34,104 nucleotides of DNA. It comes from Catajapyx aquilonaris (lineage: Eukaryota). The translations under genes and the position numbers were made by a program. Where the stretch lies: positions 1-34,104 of the forward strand of contig JYFJ02004180.1 in assembly GCA_000934665.2 (NCBI GenBank), given 5' to 3'. A model generated the notes under the pieces. The model did not search any database. It was given only the letters and a program-made list of their open reading frames with translations, and had not been told where the DNA came from. Position 1 is the first letter of the stretch, and the number at the start of each line of letters is the position of its first letter. Shown piece after piece: positions 10,218-19,929 of this stretch.

Positions 10218-10333
10218 ATGTCGGTGGAGAAGAAGAGGTTCGAGTGCGGTGCACTTCCCAAAGGCTGGCAAAGGGAGGAGGTCATCAGGAAAACTGGACT
10301 CTCCGCAGGGAAAATTGACGTCTACTACTACAG
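10218..10333 (+). CDS. MBD2/3: MBD2/3 exon 1
   Basis: MSVEKKRFECGALPKGWQREEVIRK...; donor AG|gtctgc. Confidence 0.88.
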
Positions 10334-11125
10334 GTCTGCATTGCAACATTAATTAAATGATTTCCTTACTTATTGTGCAATGTAAACGGCATATCCTTGT
10401 TCACGATGCGCAGCCCTTCAGGAAAAAAGTTCCGGAGCAAGCCGCAGCTGTCCCGCTACCTTGGAGAGACCATTGACCTATCAACGTTTGACTTCCGGAC
10501 GGGCAAGATCAATGCGCTGTTGCTCCGTAAGAACCGGAAGCAGCGTGGAACACAGTTTGACTACAGCCGTGGAGTACGAACAGACGCCTCGTTAGTCCCG
10601 CCGATAAGACAGACGGCATCGATCTTCAAACAGCCTGTCACGGTCCATAAGACGCAAGTTGAAAGCAAAGTGAAGACGGATTTCAAGCATGGTCCGCAGG
10701 AAAGGCCGAAGCAGCTTTTTTGGGAGAAGCGGTTGGAAGGTCTGAAAGCTTGCGACATCTCCGGAGAGGAGCTTGTTTCTATGGACTTGCCCCGGACCCT
10801 GAGAGGCGTCGGTCCCAATATTTCGGAGGACACGGTGCTGCAGTCGGTCGCCACCGCTTTACACATAACAGCCTTGCCCATCACAGGTCAAACCGGTTCT
10901 AGAACAGCGTTGGAGAAGAATCCCGGCGTTTATCTCAACCCAGAACAGCCGTTGGTTCAGGTCAGCTAAACCGCAAGAACTGCCCATAATTGCGACGCAA
11001 TAACTTAACCAATCTGTACATTACAGGCAATGAATGTGGTTGAAGATGATATCCGCAAACAGGAGGAGAAGGTGACGGTGGTGCGGAAGAAGCTGGAGGA
11101 GGCCCTCAGGTTGCAGCAGGCGTAA
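10218..11125 (+). CDS. MBD2/3: Methyl-CpG-binding domain protein 2/3, NuRD subunit (whole gene, 3 exons, ~253 aa; alternative in-frame ATG at 10173)
   Basis: Exons 10218-10333, 10414-10960 and 11027-11125 total 762 nt. MBD (LPKGWQREEVIRKTGLSAGKIDVYYYSPSGKKFRSKPQL), PIRQTASIFKQPVT, QLFWEKRL and coiled coil EDDIRKQEEKV..RKKLEEAL. Confidence 0.95.
10414..10960 (+). CDS. MBD2/3: MBD2/3 exon 2
   Basis: gcag|C CCT TCA GGA AAA AAG...EQPLVQ|gtcagc. Confidence 0.94.
11027..11125 (+). CDS. MBD2/3: MBD2/3 exon 3 (coiled coil)
   Basis: acag|AMNVVEDDIRKQEEKVTVVRKKLEEALRLQQA then TAA. Confidence 0.92.
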   Translation, partial: AMNVVEDDIRKQEEKVTVVRKKLEEALRLQQA

Positions 11126-12708
11126 GGAGCTGCGTTTCCAAGTAGATCTGATTGACGTTCAATGTAATTTATGTTCAGATTTGTACAGAGACTTGTGTGC
11201 GCGTGTGTGTGTGTGGATTATGAGGAACATACGAGTGAGTAGGAGAATATTTATGTCCGCTTGATAACTTTCGATCGTGAGAAGTCTGTTGCTGTCCTAC
11301 CGATTTAAAAAATCAGACCGTTTGAGCCAGAAAACTCTAAACGACTTTATTCCATTGTGCAGGTATGATTTTTAATCGGTAGGATGGCAGTAGTACTTGC
11401 TGTCAAATTGATTTTTGCTAACGTTGTACATACTGTGAGTTGGGGGAACAATTTTACGTGTGAAAAGTCTACTTTCGCGATTGAACCAGGTGGCGTTTCC
11501 TTAGTAAATTATTATACGGCATCCCGGTTGATTTCTAGTTTTGCTGAGTGGAACCTGGCAATGATAAGCTAAGACATGAATTTAAATATTGCCTGAAAAT
11601 TGTTGGTGGTATATTTTACACTTTTTTAAAAAAGTAATCGACACCTCCAATTTAGCCAGTGCAGTACAGTTTTAACAACATGCACCTTCGACACATCGTT
11701 CCGCGCACAATTAAAGTTACTTTATTACTTGTGCCAAACGACCCTTCCGACTGAAGTGCCAAGATTCTTACAGCAATTCAGAAATCAATGCCTGGTGTTT
11801 CAGTGCTTATTAAGCTTGGTGTTTATTATACATATGTTATTACGACAGTGATCAACTGTGAACTTGTCTATTGTGTTGTTAGTTCATTTGATTGTACTGA
11901 AGTGCTTGCAACCCAGTGTTCGCTGATGAATCTGTAATCAATTGGGTATACATTACATGCGATTTTTTTTTTTTTTCAATCGACCAATGCTGTTATTATC
12001 GTATGTTTCGTCTGATGGATGACAACCAAAATTTCAGATATTTCTTCAAATAGCTCGTACAGTTATTTTTAAACTGTAAGTTCGTGACTTAATATTTCTG
12101 GTTTGTTTGTATGTGCAACGACCCACATACAAACAAACAGTTACTGGGAAGTGTGACTTTCTAACGGTGCTTCAAAGCTTTCATCAGATTCGGAGCAATT
12201 GTTGCTTCCAACTTAATTTAAAATTATGCCGCAATTTTTAAGTGGCTGATGAGAACAAATGGAATCCATGCTAAATAATGCGTAATGTCCGCCAGTCTTG
12301 CATCATTTATTTCAAGGCAGCTCGTATCAGAATGCCAGGTGAAGGGGTGTGTTAGACTGTTTAGTATTATCACGTGTGCTTCAAGTGATTAATAAATGGT
12401 TGTTCATTTTTTGATTGCTACCTCGTTTAGTTTCCCCCCATTAGCCTGCGCGAAGCTTTGCCAAGTCCGAAGTACGCAGCAGGCGATGCTGTGAGGCTCC
12501 CTGAGTTCCGTGATTGACACGCCTCAGGCTGAAAATCTTCCTGAGAATTCTCCTTAAGTAATGATAGTTGAAACCGCACCTTCCCCCACCCATGGCCTCA
12601 ATAGTCGTGACTTTCACTCTCAGGGCCAACAAGGCTGTACGCGCTAGCTGACTGCTCCATCGTCATTCTTTAGCCAGAGGTTCCCACTGCAAGGAGACCA
12701 CTGCCAAG

Positions 12709-12735
12709 ATGCACAACATGATTGTCGTAACCTTG
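12709..12735 (+). CDS. Cuticular protein exon 1 (start of signal peptide)
   Basis: ccaagATG...TTG|gtacgt, phase 0, completes a hydrophobic leader with exon 2. A short first exon is typical of cuticle genes. Confidence 0.6.
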
Positions 12736-14087
12736 GTACGTACCTTTGAGAAATAACGTAACAGCTGGACCATTGCATGATCAGGTAATGTGCTTACTGT
12801 TTTAATATTTTGGAAGCCCATTTTTGTGTACGATTAAGCTGCGATTATGCACATGCAGATTTGTTTTGATGTGTAGTTATAGTGAGCAGTATACCTGTTT
12901 TGGTATGTAAGCGGGTCAAATGGTCCTGAAAAGCAGGTAAGGTCTCACTGCGCAATGGTGCTGACCCTGATGGCCTTTGCGCGTAACCAAGCCACCTTCA
13001 CCTTTAGAGTGGAATTTCCTCAACCGGATCTGGCTTTATTACGCGACTTATTGCTCCCTCGTTGCGCTACTGGGAACGCAATGCTTTCTATAACAATTCT
13101 TGTAATGTGATTCTATAAGCGTTACGTAATTCTAATTGATTCTGGGAGACTCCCTTCGCCTTCTTTTGCATGCTATTAATTACAGGTCATGTCCAGTTGT
13201 TGGGGAGTCAAGGTGGAGGTCAACCAGTAACTATGTGTATACATCATTAATCTTATGCCACCTTGGTGTGTCCTCCACAGTTGATGGTTGTTGCTGTGAC
13301 AAGCGGATGTCCCACCGAGGGGACCAAGGTGGAGCAAGAGGAGCTGCCTCCTCAGCCTTACAGCTTCTCCTACCAGGCTGGCCGTGCTCCTGGTCACGTG
13401 GATAGGGTCCACAGTGAGACGAAAGATGAATCTGGAGTTGTCAGTGGTGAGAGAAAGCGTCTGTCGTGACCAGGAATTGTTAATTCTTATAATTAGTCCG
13501 TACAAATTATATGTTATTTGCGTAATTAATTGATTGCGTAATTAACACCACACCCATCAGACGTTTTTGTTGTGGTTCATTAAAATGCGCGAGTCAAAAA
13601 TATTGCTCTTTGCATGATTACATGAGGTCTTGTTCTGAAGCAGTTTGTTTTTCCAGGCTCTTACTCCTATGTTGACCCTCGTAACAAAGTTCAGACGGTG
13701 GAGTACGTAGCGGACGCTGCAGGTGTCCACATCCAGGCCAGTAATCTTCCGGTTGACACTCCTGAGGTGGCTGCTGCAAAGGCCAGGCACCAGGCCGCGT
13801 ATGATGCGATTGCTGCAGAGCATGCCAGAGTCCCGTACGTAGAGGACACTGCAGGTGTCGACATCCAGGCCAGGAACCTTCCTGTCAACATCCAAGACAG
13901 TGATGTTCCTGTCGACACTCCTGCGGTGGCTGCGGCAAAGGCCAGGCACCAGGCTGAGTACGACGCGATTGTTGCAGAGCATGCCCGAGTGGCTGCCGAG
14001 CATGAGAGGAGAGCCGCTGCGGAGGCGAAGCTGGCCAAAGCCATTGAACGGGCAAAGGAATACCAGCGTACAAGCAGCCTGGGATAG
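12709..14087 (+). CDS. Cuticular protein with chitin-binding Rebers-Riddiford domain (CPR family; whole gene, 3 exons, ~207 aa)
   Basis: Exons 12709-12735, 13281-13446 and 13657-14087 total 624 nt. Signal peptide MHNMIVVTL|LMVVAVTSG; PQPYSFSY...HSETKDESGVVSGSYSYVDPRNKVQTVEYVADAAG matches the R&R consensus; PVDTPEVAAAKARH cuticle motif occurs twice. Confidence 0.9.
13281..13446 (+). CDS. Cuticular protein exon 2
   Basis: ccacag|TTG...AGT G|gtgaga; PQPYSFSYQAGRAPGHVDRVHSE. Confidence 0.88.
13657..14087 (+). CDS. Cuticular protein exon 3
   Basis: ttccag|GC TCT TAC TCC TAT (GSYSYVD); duplicated Ala-rich unit; TAG ending at 14087. Confidence 0.9.
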
Positions 14088-14442
14088 ACGAGGCTTTCTG
14101 CTCAACTGCGTGCCGCTGCAGCCCTAACTTTCTTAACTTACATCAAAGGAAAAGGCCGGGCTTTGCGGAACCTGTACGATGCGACACAGTGCAACAGACT
14201 GCGATGTTATTTTGATTATTTTCTTTGTACAAAATGGTAGTATTGTCTAATATGTTTCAAGACCTTGCATAATATTATTACTAACACCAACACTGACATA
14301 GAAGCAAGTAGTTATGCCCTAACAGTTCAATCGATATGTCGTACATTGAAAGTACAGGCATACTCACGTAAGTGTAATTTTAGCAGTACAAGAATGTAAT
14401 TTGAATATTATAAGGAAGAAACCCATTATTTGTGATGCTTAT

Positions 14443-14580
14443 TACCGTATTTGGCGGCACACTTTTTTCCCCCCCGAAAAATTGCTCAGAAAATAGCCCT
14501 TCATCTTACATGCGAATGTGCAATAAAATATATTTTTCCTGAAAATGATCTGCTGAAATGGGGGTGCCGTCAAATACATT
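14443..14580. mobile_element. Possible degenerate terminus of a Tc1/mariner-pogo(Tc2)-type non-autonomous element
   Basis: TA+CCGTATTT start followed by CACTTTTTTCCCCC...AAAATAGCCCTTCATCTTACA, resembling from memory the ends of Tc2/pogo-like MITEs; no transposase ORF. Confidence 0.3.
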
Positions 14581-15972
14581 AATTAGCATGAGAGTATTCC
14601 TTGGGTACCAAATGCATTGTGTTGACGTGTCATTGTTGAGAACTTCCCAGTACCTCGGACAGATTACTCCGGAGCCTTGCATCATCATAACTACGAAGAA
14701 ATTGTTATTTTATACGCTCGAATACCATGACACTCCTTTTTTTTTACTTACCGGTACTTGTGATGTTCTGACACATTCCCAAGTAAATAGAATAGGACAT
14801 GCAAATACCATGTATTTATTCCCCCCGCTGACATCACCCTCTTTTAAAAAGAGACATTTTGATGTTGTTGATGAGAGCTCATCAGCTTGTTGAAAGTATT
14901 TATAGAACCATAAACTAGGGGGTTTGTTCCAGAAAAAAAATATATGCCACGTGGCACTCCGTTCATATACTGCTCGGGGTGATTCCGCCGCTAATGTTCA
15001 GTTCAAACCATCAGGTTGTTGCCGATTTATCAATGACCGGGTATGCGCTTTATGTCACACATTTCGTGCACATTTGTTACCGTTGAATCAATTTGGCCAA
15101 CTATTTCATTGTTATCGTTGAATCTATTTGCACGTTAAATTTTATTCCTCAATGCCATGTGGAGCTGTGTCAGCCTCTATGTAAACTGTGCTAACTTCCC
15201 CATCTATTTCAGGCAGGCCATGGGGTGGGGGGGGGGGNGGGAAGTCATCGTCCATTTGGCGGGTCGACAAACTTTCTGGCTACCCCACTGAGTCCGCGCC
15301 AAACTCTTGCCCTAGCTCTAGTCTCTCTCTCCCCCACCAAACCCCCCTCTCCTGATGCCAACGGCACCTGCACCAATCAATACTCTCCCTAGCAGCATAT
15401 ACTGCACACAACATATATACTAGGGGGCCTCCAGAAAATTTAATCAATTTTTGTGCACCTCCCAACATTTCTATATATTGCAAAAAAAATATATATATTC
15501 ATACGTGTCTTGGAGCGCCTCTTTTGTTCACTCAGACAGCAACGCTTGTATTATTTTTAATAATTCCCAGTGCGCAGACCCAGGCTGCTTAAAAAAAAGC
15601 ACGTGTGCGACACACAAGGCCACAATCTGTTCAAGATAAAAGGTTGGGCAACCCCAGATGACACAGGAAGCCCTATCGATGATTCATTTCATCCGGATGA
15701 GACATGTGTCGTACGGCCCCCAAAAAAACATGTAGTTTTGCAAGGGTGAACAATCTGTGCGTTTGAAGCACACCCTGTACACACATGTGAGAGAGAGAAG
15801 ACAAAGGCTTTGTAACCCTGTACTATGTTCGAGGCCAGGTTTGCAACCTTGCTCGCCTTCTTCTTCTTCTTTTTTTTTTTAAATTAGTCCTCCAGCTCTC
15901 TCCAAGCTGGGATAAAGTTACATGCAATGTTGCGAAAATACATGTAAGCGTATGAAGCGGGGTATAGACGGC

Positions 15973-17110
15973 AATTGCGAAAATGTGCGTTGTTGTTAGC
16001 TGGCGCTGTGCTAAATTTTGCAAAATTCGGATGGTTCAACATTTTTTTGCAAATTTGGCAATTTTTTTTTACAATTGCCAAATTTGGCCAGATTTTGAAA
16101 AATTGCGGGCGGATCCAACAGCTTGCGACAATGTGCATTGTTGGCGACAGTTTTTTGTGTGCTAAATTAGCAAAATTTCGGATGGTTCAAAAATTTCGAC
16201 ATTTTGCCAATTTTTTTACAATTGCCAAATTTGGCCAGATTTTGAAAAATTGCGGGCGGATCCAACAGCTTGCGAAAATAGGAATTGTTGCGGACGGTTT
16301 TTTGTGTGCTAAATTAGCAAAATCTCGGATGGTTCAAAAAAATTAAATTTGCCAATTTTTTGCAACCTGGTGAAATTTGGCCAGGTTTTGAAAAACGGCG
16401 GGCGGATCCAACAGCTTGCGTAAATGTAAATTGTTGCGGACGATTTTTTTTGTGTGCTAAATTTGCAAAATTTTGGATGGTTCAAAAATTTTGAAATTTG
16501 GGCAATTTTTTGCAAGGGTGAATTTTGGCAAGATTTTGAAAAATTTTGAAATCCAACAGCTTGCGAAAATAGGAATTGTTGCGGACGTTTTTTTGTGTGC
16601 TAAATTTGCAAAATTCGGCTGGTTCAATTTTTTGGCAAATTTGACTCATTTTTTTGCAAGGGTGAAATTTTTGGCCATATTTTGATAAATTGTGGGTGGA
16701 TCCAACAGCTTGCGAAAATGTGCATTGTTGGCGACAGTATAGCTGGCGTTGTTTTTTTTTTGCTAAATCTGCAAAATTCGGCTGGTTCAACATTGTTTGC
16801 AAATTTGGCCACTTTTTTTACAATTGCCAAATATGGCCAGATTTTGAAAAATTGCGGGCGGATCCAACAGCCTGCGAAAATGTGCATTGTTGGCGACATT
16901 GGTGTTTGCTAAATGTGCAGAATTCGGCTGGTTCTACATTTTTTGCCAATTTGGCAATTTAAAAAAGAAATTGCGGGCGGATCCAACAGCCTGCGAAAAT
17001 GTGCATTGTTGGCGGCATTGTTGTTGTTGTTGAAGATTTTCTTCGTGAAATTTGTTCAAGTGCTGCATAAATTTTTGCCAGTTTTTTGCAATTTGCAAAA
17101 ATTGCTGGCC
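15973..17110. repeat. ~147-bp satellite-like tandem array (~7-8 copies)
   Basis: GGATCCAACAGC recurs at 16111, 16258, 16404, (degenerate ~16550), 16698, 16860 and 16979; A/T-tract-rich monomer. Confidence 0.93.
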
Positions 17111-18330
17111 GATTTCCATCTAATTTGCGATTGGGTGTCATCCGGACGTATTGGGCAAAAACATGTCACATTATTTTGCTAGTTTGCAATAACAGGACAG
17201 CCAATTTGCGAAAAGGCGGTGTCGTTGAAGCCAAATTGGCGGGCTGGTTGGCGCCCTTTTGTGTTATACTAGGAGAGGATTGGCACATTTTTTAATGACA
17301 ATTGCGCGATTTGTGCAAGTCAGCACGTGGTGAGCGTCGAGCTAATTTTTTTGCAACCGATTTTTACGACATTGCGACAGGGGCGTTGTCATCCTTTCTG
17401 CAGAAATTCGGGGAAAACCTACAGCCCTGCCCATCTGCAGGTTTCCATTCTTACCAACAGAAAAATCCGGAGCTAGTTTGAATTCGCGAAAAAAAAGTCG
17501 AGCAAGACATTGCAAAAAAATTAATTCCAGGAATAGCTTAGGGTTTGCCATCTGGCTTCACACCGCCAATATGAAGAAGAGAAAAAAAAACACACAGGGT
17601 TAGAACCCTGACCGCCCACAATTTTGCGAAATATCAAGCATGCCATCCCTTCCGAAAAATTCCGCGAAAAAGTTACCCGATCCGATCCGATTTTCGCCAT
17701 CTCGCTTTTGTCCCCGGACACTTCCGGCCTCGTTCGAAGCGATCCGAAACAGCAGTTTCGCAATCTCGTTTGACGCACATCGCACATGTATACGCAGCAA
17801 GTACTCTCGCCGTTCAATACAAAGTAACTGTACGGTACTGTACATGAAAAATTGCGCGTTCCTTGATCTTTCACGTCATGTAAGAGCATGCCATCATTAA
17901 ATATGTCCAAGAACTAAATATTGTACAGCAATGAAGTAAATAATACTTGAATAATCACACCGTACTTAAATACTGATTGAATAAAAATTAAATGCCGGTA
18001 CTAGTTACATTAAATAGCAATTACATGCTAATTAATATACAATAATAGTAATTAAATAAAACACTTATTAAATGAAATAAATCAATAATTATTAGATGAA
18101 ACGATTTAAAACTGAATAAATACAACAAATTAATAAAAATAATAAAACCGTAAAATTACATAAATGTTGATAAATAATATTGATAATACTATAGTATAAT
18201 AAATAAAATCAATATAAAAAACCAAATAAAATTAAAATAATTCGATTAATAAAAATAGTAAAATAATAACTAATACGGTATGTCACAATATCAGTCACGG
18301 TCGCATTTTCCCAAAATGTGGTCGCCAGCT

Positions 18331-18622
18331 ATAACTAATATATTAAATGAAAAACATGTATTAAAATAATACAAAATAATAAAAGTAACAAATAAATGAT
18401 AACTAATATATTAAATGAAAAATAAGCATTAAAATAGTACATACAATATAATATAATAAATAAATAAATGATAACTAATATATGAAATGAAAAATAAGCA
18501 TTAAAATAGTACATACAAAATAATGTAAGTAATAAATAAATGATAACTAATAGATTAAATGAAAAATAAGCATTAAAATAGTACATACAAAATAATGCAA
18601 GTAATAAATGATAACCAATATA
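18331..18622. repeat. AT-rich 68-72-bp tandem repeat (4 copies) inside a very AT-rich block (~17900-18870)
   Basis: ATAACTAATA-like anchor at 18331, 18399, 18471, 18543 and 18611. Confidence 0.88.
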
Positions 18623-19199
18623 TATTTAATAATATATTAGCTAATAATAAAATAAGGGTGCTAATATGGTAAGTGACTATTATATTAGGATTAAAATAAT
18701 AGGTGCAAGGGAAATAAAATGATGGATAATAATTGAGTAATGACTGATACATTAAATAAGCTATGAAACAAATAAAATAAGGGTGTTAATATAATGTGAT
18801 AAATAGCTACTATTAAATAAATAAAATCGCAGATAAACTAATAATTATTGTTGAAATATAATTAGCTCTCAGAAATGTCCAGAACCACGTGGCCACAATG
18901 TGCATAACAAAAATAATGTTAGAGTCGAGTGTAGGTGGTGTCGTATGAGCGAGCGCTACAGTTATCGTGTCTTTGAGTTCGGTGTGTTCCAGTGTCGCCA
19001 ACCGCATTTCCCCCGACCCCTCATTGTCGTAGACAAAGAGAGCGGCGACCCCTTTTGATATATATAATATAAGCAGGGGAGTGGAGGGGAGGTGGGTAAC
19101 CTTCCCCCCCTTTTATTTTCATGTTGGCACCACTGGAGTGGAATCGCTGCACCAGCTCCATCTGTGGGCTCCCGGCTTCCCCAGCTCCCAAATCCCCGC

Positions 19200-19360
19200 G
19201 AGCCAATCAGGAAGGGGGCAAGTACAAACCGGGCCAATCAGAGCGCAGGGTTCGAACTTGCCGCGTGAGCATCCGATTGGTCTAGTTGGACTAGCTTTTG
19301 TGCGATGCTCCTCCCCCTTTGCTTGCTTGCTTCCCCCGCCGCTCCCCCGCCCGCCGCCAG
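19200..19360 (+). promoter_or_regulatory. Putative MEX3 promoter (CCAAT boxes, GC box, CpG-rich)
   Basis: GCCAATCAG with CCAAT at 19203 and 19234, ATTGG at 19276, CCCCGCCC near 19345; ~280-420 bp upstream of the ATG. Confidence 0.55.
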
Positions 19361-19622
19361 CAGCGAGCGGAGACGCATGGTTTTTCCCTCTTGCCGCTCC
19401 GACCCGGCCCCGCATTAGTGTAGTGGCTCTGGCCGGGAGTGGAAGTGTGTGCGTGTGAAGTGGGGGAAAAACAAACACACACACACCGGACCAAAACACG
19501 GCCCCGTCGAGTACCACCACCGCCGCCATCCCCTCTTCCCCTTTTCCCTTCCCTCCCCAACCCCCAATCTGTAGAACACCACACACATTTTGAGACCGTG
19601 AGTGTGGTGCGTGTGTGTGACT

Positions 19623-19929
19623 ATGCCTGCTAGTCTGTTTGCTGAGATGGACCGTAGCTCGGGGCTGGAGGACCAGCGGGCCCTGCAGCTGGCCCTGGAG
19701 CTGTCCATGCTGGGGTTGAACGACGCTGGAGGGAACGGAGGAGGAGGCACCGGCGGAGGAGGAGGAGGCGGCTCGGGGTCAACCGGGTCAGGCGGAGACT
19801 GCGGAGGAGACCCACTGGCTGCCGCATTCGCCTCTCAGGACGACTCCAGGGTCAAGAAGAGCCAGAACATGACCGAGTGCGTGCCCGTACCAAGCTCAGA
19901 ACATGTCGCCGAGATTGTCGGAAGGCAGG
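19623..19929 (+). CDS. mex3: MEX3 exon 1
   Basis: ATG at 19623; ends CAG G|gtaagt within the KH1 GRQG loop. Confidence 0.93.

Noticed and set aside
10124..10318. Overlapping out-of-frame ORF over MBD2/3 exon 1 (YPQPYPYKDVYRGGP...)
   Set aside because: It starts at TTG in a pyrimidine tract, has no recognised similarity and no evidence of translation.
15884..17295. Multiple ORFs in the 147-bp array
   Set aside because: Repeat-derived, frameshifted between units and present on both strands.
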